From Patescibacteria group bacterium (GTDB lineage: Bacteria; Patescibacteriota; Microgenomatia; UBA1406), in contig JBAYJK010000001.1 of assembly GCA_041665145.1 (NCBI GenBank), forward strand, positions 165,629 through 229,628: a stretch of 64,000 nucleotides of DNA, written 5' to 3'. Positions 18,168 to 27,608 of the stretch are shown here, in pieces; positions within the stretch are counted from its first letter, which is position 1, and each line of letters opens with the position of its first letter. A program made the translations under genes and the position numbers. Under the pieces are notes generated by a model, which did no database searches, was not told the origin of the DNA, and saw nothing but the letters and a program-made list of their open reading frames with translations.

Positions 18168-20298
18168 GTACACGGAATATGAAATTATTATTTGTTTGAT
18201 AAATAGGACTCCCTATTTTATAAAATTTCTTGTAATTTAGCGAGGGGTATTTGTCGCGTTCGAACTTGGAAACCACAATGTATTTGACATTGTACTTTTT
18301 TAAAATTGAACTGACGGTTGAAATGTCCTTTTCGTCGCTCTCGTAAATTTGCTGCACTTCCTGAGCACGAGGTCCGACAATGTCATACGATCCTCTCCAT
18401 AACCATTCGTGTACTGGCCATCCGACAATGGTAGGAATTCCGGTTTGTGCAGAAAATATATCGTAATCCGTGTACGAGTCCCCGTGAGCCTCAACTATTG
18501 CAAAGGGGTGATCGGGGTCTTTTAGGTTATTTAGGACGGTTATCATTTCCGAGACTTCCGGAAAAGACTCTTTTATCCAATGTGAGCCATCGAGTGTTTT
18601 GAATTTCAACTCACCGAAGTATGACGGGACCGAGAAAAACGGGTAAATGGATATTAAAAAAAGTGTGGGAACCATGATAAGAAGATATACGATGCGTTTC
18701 TTCAGTTTTACTATTCCATCGACGAACAGGGAATTGACGATTACGACGGCTGAAAGAACCGACATAATAATAAAGGCCTGATAACCAAGTTTGAACATGG
18801 TGTTCGCCCTGAAATGTGCCGGGTAAATATCTTTAAAATAGAAAAACTCGGAAAACATAGTCAACAGAATGGAATAAACAAAACCAAAAAAAATAAAATA
18901 CGTAATTTTATGGCTTGTCGATAGGGAGTCTTTGACTTTAAAAAAGGTGAATCGCAAGAAAGCCGCGAATTGAATCCAAAAGAACCCCCACAAAACTCCA
19001 AGCATCCATATGGGACTTGTTTGGCATTTGTCTTTTTCGAAAACAAACGGCCCGATGCGTTCTTTTTGTACAAGAAACGAAGGTGCGCAATTAACCCCCA
19101 ACGCACTCGCAAACGGTTTGAAACTGATCGAAAACGGCAAAGTAACTACGAGCGCGAGAAGAAGGACAGAAATGTAGTTGAGCAGCACATGTTTTATTGA
19201 ACGATATTTGATTACGGTAACAAAAAAGAACAGTGCCCCATAAACAAGATAATCGGTAGAGTTGGTCATATAAGCTATGCCGAGGGCAAGTATGATGAGT
19301 CCGTTCGTTATGAGATGGGTTTTCTTCTCAGTGTTGACGAGAAATACAATAAAAAGACTTAAAAGAAAAAGCACAAACGGTATATCGAGAACATGTCCAT
19401 GCAGATCTGAAACAACATATGAGTACGAAGGAAATTCGTGGATTGTATAGGGGATAAAACGAGTGGCATTTGGATACCAATAGGCTCCCGGGTTAAACCA
19501 TGAAATAATGTTCCAAAACGGAACAGGATTGTCATTTGGGTAGCCCTTTGTAAAGAGGTAGATGGTATGTAGATTACCTCCGAGATTTGTTATATATGCG
19601 GCAATGATACCGACGATAATGGCGTACCAGATCCGCCGGGGAGATTTGCTGTTGTCCAAAAACAAAAAAAGGTTGAATCCGATAGAAAAACAAATAGTTG
19701 TGCTGAGCGCAAATATCGTAGCGATCATCAGGTTGTATGTTACGGTGGGTGGCAGGTTGGTGAGACGCGTCATGAACGCAACAATGAAATGGCCGAAATA
19801 ATAGTAATTTATAGGAAAGGAAGTGTTCTGTGTTGCCGCAAACCACATGTCTTGGGGAGGTAAATATTTACTATTCAGGATGCTTTGAATAAATCCGAAA
19901 TCCATATATTTTTCCAGGCTATGAATTGACGGCTCGGTCCCTTTTATAAATGCCCAAAAGGCAAGCATCACAAAAAAGAAGACTTCATATAGAATAATGG
20001 TTTTGAGACTTGGACGATTAGCGGGCAGATACTTACGGGCAAGAACAATGACGATCAAAAATAAAAGCAAGACTACAAATATCGACTCCGTGGAAATGGT
20101 AAGTAATTTAAGCCGTGACAGAACAAATAGGGAGTATCCGCATATGCTGAGTGTGAGTAATCGATATATAGGATAACCTTTATCGGCGAACTTCTTGAAG
20201 ATTACTGATCCGAGGGGAAATGCGAGTAAACTGAGTACGAGCCACCCAACGTACCATATGCCGATAACGCTGAGCCAATACACAAACTGTGCAAACAT
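18157..20298 (-). CDS. DUF2298 / Chlor_Arch_YYY-domain polytopic membrane protein (putative glycosyltransferase)
   Basis: Has many TM helices and the eponymous motif FPINYYYFGHF. The start is set at ATG 20298, 7 nt after TATAAT (20306-20311, minus strand). Confidence 0.75.
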   Translation of the reverse strand: MFAQFVYWLSVIGIWYVGWLVLSLLAFPLGSVIFKKFADKGYPIYRLLTLSICGYSLFVLSRLKLLTISTESIFVVLLLFLIVIVLARKYLPANRPSLKTIILYEVFFFVMLAFWAFIKGTEPSIHSLEKYMDFGFIQSILNSKYLPPQDMWFAATQNTSFPINYYYFGHFIVAFMTRLTNLPPTVTYNLMIATIFALSTTICFSIGFNLFLFLDNSKSPRRIWYAIIVGIIAAYITNLGGNLHTIYLFTKGYPNDNPVPFWNIISWFNPGAYWYPNATRFIPYTIHEFPSYSYVVSDLHGHVLDIPFVLFLLSLFIVFLVNTEKKTHLITNGLIILALGIAYMTNSTDYLVYGALFFFVTVIKYRSIKHVLLNYISVLLLALVVTLPFSISFKPFASALGVNCAPSFLVQKERIGPFVFEKDKCQTSPIWMLGVLWGFFWIQFAAFLRFTFFKVKDSLSTSHKITYFIFFGFVYSILLTMFSEFFYFKDIYPAHFRANTMFKLGYQAFIIMSVLSAVVIVNSLFVDGIVKLKKRIVYLLIMVPTLFLISIYPFFSVPSYFGELKFKTLDGSHWIKESFPEVSEMITVLNNLKDPDHPFAIVEAHGDSYTDYDIFSAQTGIPTIVGWPVHEWLWRGSYDIVGPRAQEVQQIYESDEKDISTVSSILKKYNVKYIVVSKFERDKYPSLNYKKFYKIGSPIYQTNNNFIFRVHGY

Positions 20299-20305
20299 AG
20301 CCCTT

Positions 20306-20317
20306 ATTATATACAAT
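20306..20317. promoter_or_regulatory. Back-to-back -10 boxes of two divergent, apparently leaderless genes
   Basis: The sequence is ATTATATACAAT. TATAAT on the minus strand (20306-20311) is 7 nt from ATG 20298, and TACAAT on the plus strand (20312-20317) is 7 nt from ATG 20325. Confidence 0.6.
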
Positions 20318-20324
20318 TAGAATT

Positions 20325-21329
20325 ATGCGCGTTGGTATACATAACAAAGGAATACTGGATTTATCCGTAGTTCGTGGAGTCGGAAGTTATGTAACAATGA
20401 TGCTTGAAGCAATCGGACAATATGGTGAACGCTATGATTTGAAATTGGATCAATCAAATTATGATGTACTTGTTCATCCGGGTTTCTTTCCATTTGTAAC
20501 TCCGGAACTTAATAAAAAGAAAAAAAACGCCGTTGTTATCCATGATCTTATACCAATTAAATACCCACAGTTTTTTCCAGCCGGCTGGAGGGGAATTTGG
20601 AAGTGGTTCAAAAATAGTCAGGCATTGTTGGGGAGCGATGCCTTTATTACGGATTCGCATGTGGTACAGGCAGAAATAGCACGGCGGTTGTCCGTACCGA
20701 TTGCGAATATTGATGTTGTATATCCAGCGGCAAAAAAAGTATTTTATAGCCCGAAAAAGCTGAAAGAAAACCTCATTCAGAGAGCAGCGTTACCTGCAAA
20801 ATATGCGTTATATGTGGGAGATGTAACGTGGAACAAGAATCTCGAAACTCTTGCACGGGCTGTGCAGGAGGCTAATATCACTCTTGTTCTTGTAGGTAAG
20901 GCATTAGCTCAGCGGGATACAATCTCTCATCCATGGCAAAGAAGTTTCAGAAAATTTCTCTCGCTAACTGAAGGTGATAAACGGTTTATCTTTCTCGGAT
21001 ACGTTCCTGATGAGCAAGTAGTTTCGTTGTATCAACATGCTGTCTTTACAATCCTACCCTCATATGACGAAGGATTTGGTCTGCCGTGGTTGGAAGCCGC
21101 ACTCTCAGGGTCTCCGGTTATCGTCTCGAAAATACCGGTCATTGAAGAAATAACGCAAGGCGTGTCCGTCTATTGTGATCAGACAGATGTGCATGCGATG
21201 GCACAAACAATGGGTGAAATGTACTTTAATAGGGTAGAAGTAGATCTTTCCGCACAATTGAAGCAGGCGAAGAAATTTTCTCAAGAAGCGTTCGTTAAAA
21301 GTCTTGCCCACTGTCTTCACAAACTGTAA
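20325..21329 (+). CDS. Glycosyltransferase family 4 (GT-B, GT1/GT4)
   Basis: Has the C-terminal EGFGLPWLEAALSGSPVIVS motif (E(x7)E type). Confidence 0.8.
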   Translation: MRVGIHNKGILDLSVVRGVGSYVTMMLEAIGQYGERYDLKLDQSNYDVLVHPGFFPFVTPELNKKKKNAVVIHDLIPIKYPQFFPAGWRGIWKWFKNSQALLGSDAFITDSHVVQAEIARRLSVPIANIDVVYPAAKKVFYSPKKLKENLIQRAALPAKYALYVGDVTWNKNLETLARAVQEANITLVLVGKALAQRDTISHPWQRSFRKFLSLTEGDKRFIFLGYVPDEQVVSLYQHAVFTILPSYDEGFGLPWLEAALSGSPVIVSKIPVIEEITQGVSVYCDQTDVHAMAQTMGEMYFNRVEVDLSAQLKQAKKFSQEAFVKSLAHCLHKL

Positions 21330-21769
21330 TGTTAAATTATTGGATGATCGCTGCAGGTGTTGTTTTTATGATATTCGAAATTTTGTTTGGTGCTCTCACA
21401 GGTCTTGACGTTTTTTTTCTCGGCGTCGGATTTGTTATCGGCGGCGTTGTATTGATGTCCGGTGGGGCCGTTGAGTTTTCATTAGTAACTGTCGGAATTT
21501 TCTTTTTATTTTATACCGTTTACCTGCGAACACCATACAAGAAAACTTTCTTGGTTTTTTTGCAAAAAGCCGGATTGGATTGTATCGTCGGAAAATACGG
21601 AATTGCATGTACAAACATCACCTCGTTTAAAACCGGTGAGGTTGTCGTAGACGGTGAACTGTGGATTGCAAAATCAGCAGAATCAATTAAAAGTGGAGCA
21701 AAAATAGTGGTCATCGAATACACCTCCGGTCTTCTGGTAATTGCAAAACCCTCACCTCCTGCTCTCTGA
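21329..21769 (+). CDS. NfeD-family membrane protein
   Basis: Has N-terminal TM helices and a C-terminal OB-like segment GEVVVDGELWIAKSAESIKSGAKIVVIE. Confidence 0.65.
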   Translation: MLNYWMIAAGVVFMIFEILFGALTGLDVFFLGVGFVIGGVVLMSGGAVEFSLVTVGIFFLFYTVYLRTPYKKTFLVFLQKAGLDCIVGKYGIACTNITSFKTGEVVVDGELWIAKSAESIKSGAKIVVIEYTSGLLVIAKPSPPAL

Positions 21770-21803
21770 GTTTAAAAAACTTCAATATTCTGCTATAGTG
21801 GTT

Positions 21804-23837
21804 ATGATGATTGCTCTCCCTTTTTTTCACAAAAAAACAGAAGTAAGTGCAGGGTATGTTTTTCTCCTATTTTTGGCTGGAGAAAAGATTTATGGAATCG
21901 CCTTTAATAAGAATAACCCTCAGGTAAAATCTTCACTGTATGTCGAACACGCCGACCCGTTTTTGAAAGATGCGGCGATAAAGCTCGATAAAATCCTCGC
22001 TAACTGCGAACGGGATTTAGGAAAAAACATTTTTCTCAAGGAGACTGTGCTTTTTGTTAATTCATTATATGTGACAGAATCAGGAACTATACGTGAAGAT
22101 TTTCTAAAAAGTATTAAAAAACTTCTTCACGACATGGAGTTGGCCAATGACGGATATGTCAATTTTTATGAAGCATTGGCACATGAGTATGGTAAACACC
22201 ACCAGCACTACTATCTGTTTGAAGAAAGTATGTATGACTATGTTATATATGAATTGTCAGGAACAAAACTGGTTAAGACGGTAAAAGTAGCTAAAACTCA
22301 GAACGAAAAGACCGATATCACGCAGCTTTTGGAACTTTGTCCTCCTGAGGCACACGTATTTGCTTTCTATTCGCATAAAATGAAGGGACCACTGTTTGCA
22401 CATGAAAAAGTGATCGAAGATAAGGACTTGGGCGACCTGTTCATGCACCTGTATTTGCAGAGCGATTCTAAAACAACCGCAGAACAGATCGGTGAGGTAC
22501 CGACGGTAGTGAGCGAATCAGAAAAAAAACAGACAAAGCTCCACACCGCCCCGGGGTTTGTTGTGGAAGAGTTGGGTACCGTGAAGCAGGTGACTCATCA
22601 GACAGTTTTGGATGAGCGGGCGTTGGTTCCTGAAGAAACAGAAGAAGCGCTTTTTGAAGATGTGCCTGAGGCGGTTGCTGAAAATAAAACGAAATTCTCT
22701 TTTGACAAGATGAAATACCTATTACCAAAGTTTCAGCGACGTTATTTGTTGGCTCTTCTACCTGTTTTGGTTATTTTGATGATAGGCATATATGTTCTAA
22801 AAATTCATGGGGCAACTGTTTACGTAACTACGGAAAAAGAGAATTTTTCAACACAGACGAGTTTTGTAGTAGGAAAAGCAGCGAGTCTCGGAAAGTCGTA
22901 CACTGCGCATTTTTCGGAAACAGCGTCGATGGCAACAACCGGGCAAAAATCTATCGGGAGTGTGTCAAAAGGCGAAGTAACAATTTACAGCGGCTTGTTC
23001 CAAACAAAAACGCTTCCGGCAGGAACCCAAATGAAAACATCTTCCGGTGTTTCGTTTACACTCGCGAAAGACACTACGGTCCCGGGGGCAACAACATCAG
23101 GAACGCTTGATACGGGTGGCATTGTCACGAAACCCGGAAAAATAACGCTCACGGTTTCATCATCACAGATAGGTCCGGAGGGAAACATAAATCAAAATAC
23201 AAAAATGTTCGTGAATCAAATCAGTGAAACGGATATGTATGGGGTCGCTAACCAGGATTTTACCGGTGGGTACCGACGTAAGGTGCGTGTTTTTTCCGAA
23301 GCCGATGCGGCTGCTTTGGAAAAAAAAGTACTTGCCCAAGCAACTCAAAGTATTCAAAAAAAATTGTCAGCTGATAATTCGGTAGATACGATTGTTTTTA
23401 ACGAGACGGTAGCTGTCGATAGCGGAGATAAGCAGTTTTCCGAAAAAGTCAATACGGAGACGGACGACGCGACTCTGACTTATTCGGGTGACGCATCTAT
23501 TTTATATGCTCCCAAAGATGAACTGATTCGAAAAGTCCAACAAGAGAAATTGAAAAATAAGGAATTCGTTGCCGGCACGTTTACCTTGAGCAAGCTCAAG
23601 CTTTCTGACACTGATAAAACCGGTTATACATATTCAGCGCAGGTAAATGGAAAAGTACAACGATTTGTCGATAAGAAAACACTCGCGCAAGAGGCCTCTG
23701 GCAAAACAACTTCAGCTGCGATTAAAGCTCTTTTATCACAACACAATATTACAAATGCCCGGATTGCGACAAAACCGATCCCGATTCCTTTTATACCGTG
23801 GGACGCATCACGGATTAGTATTCAATTTGAAAACTGA
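21804..23837 (+). CDS. Hypothetical protein: cytoplasmic N-domain, single central TM helix, Thr/Ser/Gly-rich extracytoplasmic C-domain
   Basis: The long ORF has a TM helix at YLLALLPVLVILMIGIYVL. An extended -10 (TGcTATAGT, 21791-21799) lies 4-7 nt before the tandem ATGs at 21804/21807. There is no C-terminal LPXTG. Confidence 0.5.
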   Translation: MMIALPFFHKKTEVSAGYVFLLFLAGEKIYGIAFNKNNPQVKSSLYVEHADPFLKDAAIKLDKILANCERDLGKNIFLKETVLFVNSLYVTESGTIREDFLKSIKKLLHDMELANDGYVNFYEALAHEYGKHHQHYYLFEESMYDYVIYELSGTKLVKTVKVAKTQNEKTDITQLLELCPPEAHVFAFYSHKMKGPLFAHEKVIEDKDLGDLFMHLYLQSDSKTTAEQIGEVPTVVSESEKKQTKLHTAPGFVVEELGTVKQVTHQTVLDERALVPEETEEALFEDVPEAVAENKTKFSFDKMKYLLPKFQRRYLLALLPVLVILMIGIYVLKIHGATVYVTTEKENFSTQTSFVVGKAASLGKSYTAHFSETASMATTGQKSIGSVSKGEVTIYSGLFQTKTLPAGTQMKTSSGVSFTLAKDTTVPGATTSGTLDTGGIVTKPGKITLTVSSSQIGPEGNINQNTKMFVNQISETDMYGVANQDFTGGYRRKVRVFSEADAAALEKKVLAQATQSIQKKLSADNSVDTIVFNETVAVDSGDKQFSEKVNTETDDATLTYSGDASILYAPKDELIRKVQQEKLKNKEFVAGTFTLSKLKLSDTDKTGYTYSAQVNGKVQRFVDKKTLAQEASGKTTSAAIKALLSQHNITNARIATKPIPIPFIPWDASRISIQFEN

Positions 23838-23843
23838 CCTTTT

Positions 23844-24578
23844 ATGAGATATGCCTACGTCAAAAAAGAATATAAATACAAGCGCCCTGCGGTAATCATA
23901 TTTTCGACTTTATCGCTTATCATCGGGACAACAACGCTTTTATGGGCTTTTTTTCCCATAATTACTTATCAATTTGCACACTTGTTTTCTTTTGCCGAAG
24001 AGATAAGTCCGCTTCCGCGAAGTGTATTGGCCTCTTCACTACAGAAAGGGTTACGGGTTTATGACAGTGAGAATTTGCCGTATTATTCGAGTTATCTAAA
24101 GGATTTCACGCGTGTCCAAGAGTGGTTTCCCAAGCAACCTCAACTATTAACTCACAAGAAAAAAGTGAAAGATTACACAATCGATGTCTCAAAAATCAGC
24201 GTTCATGGTGCATCAGTGACTATCGGTGGTGATGATCTTGCAACATCCTTGGTCCAATACGGCGACCAGGTTGTTCCCGGTGAAATCGGGAATGTCGTTA
24301 TTGTAGGGCATTCAACTCTTCCGCAGTTATTCAAAGACAAAGATTATAAGTCAATTTTCTCCTACTTGCCTTCGATCGAGCGGGGAGACAAGATTCAGGC
24401 TAACGTTAATGGTTTTACGTACACATATGACGTGTACGACATGTTTGTTGTAGAGCCCGAAGAAGTATGGGTCCTCGATCCCAAATCGGACGAAGCGACA
24501 TTAACGCTTATTTCGTGTGTTCCTCCCGGAACTGTTTGGAAACGCCTCGTTGTCAAATCGAGGCTCAGTAGCCTCTAA
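23844..24578 (+). CDS. Sortase-family transpeptidase
   Basis: Has an N-terminal TM anchor, the catalytic His (VGHSTL), the TLISCVPPG Cys motif and a downstream Arg (WKRLVV). Confidence 0.8.
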   Translation: MRYAYVKKEYKYKRPAVIIFSTLSLIIGTTTLLWAFFPIITYQFAHLFSFAEEISPLPRSVLASSLQKGLRVYDSENLPYYSSYLKDFTRVQEWFPKQPQLLTHKKKVKDYTIDVSKISVHGASVTIGGDDLATSLVQYGDQVVPGEIGNVVIVGHSTLPQLFKDKDYKSIFSYLPSIERGDKIQANVNGFTYTYDVYDMFVVEPEEVWVLDPKSDEATLTLISCVPPGTVWKRLVVKSRLSSL

Positions 24579-24638
24579 TCGCTGTTTACTTGTCCTATAA
24601 CAAGTGTTATAATTCGGTTGTTATTTTTCCTTATATTT

Positions 24639-26852
24639 ATGGTGATTGACAAACTGCTGGTATTTTTTGTTTCAGCATGTATCTTTGTGGGTGATGTGGT
24701 CTTACGAGTTGTCATGCTCCCTTTTTTGCTTTTGGAATTGCTCATAAGAATTATCCGAAAAACGTCGGTATTGTTGCTTGAGAATTTTTTCAAGGCACTA
24801 GCTGTTGGTGTTTGGCAATTTTTTAAGCGGCCGAAACACAGAAAGAAAGCATTATTTTCGGTCAGTTACTACCTGTTTTTCTATAGGATAAAATACTTTG
24901 TCTTAGGTTTCTTGATAGCGACCATACTATTTTTTGTCAAAACCTCAATAGATTTTATAGGTACTCTGCCAAATCCTGCATTGGTAGAGAATTATCACGC
25001 AAGTCTATCTACACATATTTATGACCGTAACGGGAAGCAGCTGTATGAGATTTATCGCGAACAGAACAGAACTCCCGTCAAGCTGACTGAATTGCCTTCT
25101 TATGTCATGCAGGCCACGATAGCTATTGAGGACAAAAATTTCTACAAGCATCCAGGTGTTTCTATTGTCGGAGGAATCGGTAGGGCGATAGTTGAAATGG
25201 CAATGCACAAGCGGCTACAGGGAGGTTCGACGATAACACAGCAACTTGTTAAGAGTGCTCTTTTATCTTCCAGCAGAACGATTGAACGAAAGGTGAAAGA
25301 AATAGTTCTGGCATTACTCGTTGAACGTAAATACTCTAAACAACAAATTCTTGAAATGTATTTAAACCAGGTTCCGTATGGTGGTACTGCGTGGGGTATT
25401 CAGGAGGCTTCTCTTTTATATTTTGGCATTGATGCGAAACACCTATCGCTAGCACAAGCTGCTCTGCTTGCCGGCTTACCTCAGGCGCCGTCGGATTATT
25501 CTCCTTTTAGTAATCCCCAAGCGGCGACGAACAGGCAACGAGCCGTCCTGACACAAATGTATCAGGAACACTATATAACAAAAGCGCAGTACGATGCCGC
25601 TCGAAGTACCCGACTTACATTTCGTCGGCCGAGCAGCACGATTCTCGCACCGCATTTTGTTTTTTATGTAAAAGACCAGCTTGAGTCTATGTACGGAATA
25701 AAATCGGTTCAGGAGGGTGGGTTTAGGGTGTACACAACTCTTGATTATAAAATACAATTACTTGTTGAAAAAATTCTGAAAGAGGAAATGGCAAAACTGC
25801 AGGATTTGTCCGTTGGGAATGGGGCAGTGCTTGTAACACAACCTTCCACGGGTGAGATACTTGCAATGGTCGGTTCGAAGGATTTTTTTGACGGGCAATA
25901 TGGTGCCTTCAATGTGACAACAGCACTCAGACAACCGGGGAGTTCGGTAAAACCAATTACTTACACCCTCGGGTTGGAGAAAGGGCTAACTGCCGCATCG
26001 CTTATACAGGATACTCCGACTAATTTTGCACTGCAGGGAGCGACTCCTTATTCACCGGTTAATTATGACGGGAAGTTCCATGGAATCGTTCCTCTCCGTT
26101 ACGCCTTGGCCAATTCCTATAACATTCCGGCGGTGAAAGTATTGCAGCAAGTTGGGGTAGGCAGTTTTATTGATTTTGCTGCACGGATGGGTATCACCAA
26201 CTGGCAAACAGACAGAGAACGATATGGACTGTCGCTTACGCTCGGCGGTGGAGAAGTAACTATGATCGAAATGGCAACTGCATATGGGACGATTCGAAAC
26301 CTCGGTGTGCGACATACGCTTGATCCACTTTTAAAGATAGAAGATCCGGTAGGACAAGTGCTTTATCAGCACACTTCAGAAGGTGAACGGGTAACGAGCG
26401 CCGGAGAGCCCTTTATTATCTCGGATATTCTTGCGGACAATGTCGCTCGTGGCTGGGCATTTGGTCCGAATTCCGTATTAAATTTCGGGAACGGTATTGT
26501 CTCTGTAAAAACAGGAACGACAGATGAAAAGAAGGATAATTGGACAATTGGGTATACCCGACCTACAACTAATGAGCGACAGGATGACGTGCTGGTAACA
26601 GTATGGGTAGGAAACAATGACAATCAACCCATGAACCAGGCGTTGACTTCGGGGATTACGGGTGCTGCTCCGATCTGGAGAAGGGTAATGGAAAAACTGG
26701 TTAATACCGATTTACTTAAAGAATCTCTGTACGTTCCTCAGACAGTCGAGAAGAAAAACTGCTATTTCGGAAGAGCAGAGTACTTTGTTGCAGGAACATC
26801 CTCAACTATAAATTGCTCCGGGTACAAGCCCAGTCCGACACAGGTACAATAG
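24639..26852 (+). CDS. Bifunctional penicillin-binding protein 1A (GT51 transglycosylase + transpeptidase)
   Basis: GT51 motifs are IAIEDKNFYKHPG and GGSTITQQLVK. Transpeptidase motifs are SSVKP, SYN and KTGTT. I chose the ATG start at 24639; the track starts at the TTG at 24618. Confidence 0.9.
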   Translation: MVIDKLLVFFVSACIFVGDVVLRVVMLPFLLLELLIRIIRKTSVLLLENFFKALAVGVWQFFKRPKHRKKALFSVSYYLFFYRIKYFVLGFLIATILFFVKTSIDFIGTLPNPALVENYHASLSTHIYDRNGKQLYEIYREQNRTPVKLTELPSYVMQATIAIEDKNFYKHPGVSIVGGIGRAIVEMAMHKRLQGGSTITQQLVKSALLSSSRTIERKVKEIVLALLVERKYSKQQILEMYLNQVPYGGTAWGIQEASLLYFGIDAKHLSLAQAALLAGLPQAPSDYSPFSNPQAATNRQRAVLTQMYQEHYITKAQYDAARSTRLTFRRPSSTILAPHFVFYVKDQLESMYGIKSVQEGGFRVYTTLDYKIQLLVEKILKEEMAKLQDLSVGNGAVLVTQPSTGEILAMVGSKDFFDGQYGAFNVTTALRQPGSSVKPITYTLGLEKGLTAASLIQDTPTNFALQGATPYSPVNYDGKFHGIVPLRYALANSYNIPAVKVLQQVGVGSFIDFAARMGITNWQTDRERYGLSLTLGGGEVTMIEMATAYGTIRNLGVRHTLDPLLKIEDPVGQVLYQHTSEGERVTSAGEPFIISDILADNVARGWAFGPNSVLNFGNGIVSVKTGTTDEKKDNWTIGYTRPTTNERQDDVLVTVWVGNNDNQPMNQALTSGITGAAPIWRRVMEKLVNTDLLKESLYVPQTVEKKNCYFGRAEYFVAGTSSTINCSGYKPSPTQVQ

Positions 26853-26855
26853 ATG

Positions 26856-26864
26856 TGATATAAT
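26856..26864 (+). promoter_or_regulatory. Extended -10 promoter (TGaTATAAT) for the GNAT-M20 unit
   Basis: TG at 26856-26857 and TATAAT at 26859-26864, directly after the PBP1A stop and 6 nt before ATG 26871. Confidence 0.5.
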
Positions 26865-26870
26865 GCTTTC

Positions 26871-26924
26871 ATGTTCTGGAAAACCGTAAACACTATCGCT
26901 ACCTCACTCATCCGTAGGCGCTAA
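26871..26924 (+). CDS. Candidate leaderless 17-codon upstream ORF (MFWKTVNTIATSLIRRR)
   Basis: The ATG lies 6 nt after the -10 box, the same geometry as the validated gene starts in this window. A 65-nt pyrimidine-rich leader follows before the ATG at 26990. Confidence 0.3.
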   Translation: MFWKTVNTIATSLIRRR

Positions 26925-26989
26925 GCCTCTATCCTCCCTCCTTTTCCATAAACAATCTTTCTTTTTCTTTTACAAATTAACGTATTACT

Positions 26990-27607
26990 ATGAAAATCGA
27001 ACATGCATATGTGCCTGTACCAGCAGGACTACAGCCTTGGCAGATTGAGCCGGGGTTACTTTCAGTGTTTAACAATCAAGCCGCTATTCCGGTCAGCAAC
27101 AATCTGTCTATCGCCAGGCCGTTAGTGCAACATACAGATAATATTCTGGCACTTCTTAATGGTGAGGCTGCCCTTGTCCCCGTGCAAGGGGCGGAGATTG
27201 CGCAGACCATTGCAGCCGGTCTGAACCTTATCGCGTACGATCATGCGGCAGGTGCGGTTGTCGGGTACCAATCGATTGGTCTCTGGAATCAACTAGGCCT
27301 GCTTGAATTACGGTCGGCAAAGGTTTTGCCGAACTACCGGGGTAACGGGCTCAACACCGTTATGAAACAGCTTGCAATATCAATTGGTATGCAACAGTTT
27401 CCGGGACGGAAATTTTTGGGATTTACCGAAGCAGAGAGCAAGAGTCGGGGAATATTATCCAAACTTGGGTTCCAAGAGATGACAATGCAACAAGTTGCTG
27501 CGAAATGGCAGGAGTTGTCGTCAATTTGTCCCGACCAATGCTTTATTAAAACAGGCCATCCGTGTGGCTGTAAAGTTTATATACTTGATCCATATGAAAC
27601 CAAATAA
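26990..27607 (+). CDS. GNAT-like acetyltransferase (weak assignment)
   Basis: The C-terminal half has a VLPNYRGNGLNTVMKQL segment resembling the GNAT acetyl-CoA (R/Q-x-x-G-x-G/A) motif. Confidence 0.4.
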   Translation: MKIEHAYVPVPAGLQPWQIEPGLLSVFNNQAAIPVSNNLSIARPLVQHTDNILALLNGEAALVPVQGAEIAQTIAAGLNLIAYDHAAGAVVGYQSIGLWNQLGLLELRSAKVLPNYRGNGLNTVMKQLAISIGMQQFPGRKFLGFTEAESKSRGILSKLGFQEMTMQQVAAKWQELSSICPDQCFIKTGHPCGCKVYILDPYETK

Positions 27608-27608
27608 T

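Noticed and set aside
27495-27608. Track start of the M20 ORF overlapping the upstream gene by 113 nt.
   Set aside because: The ATG at 27609 lies 1 nt after the upstream stop and begins the conserved M20 N-terminus (…IPSPSGNE…).
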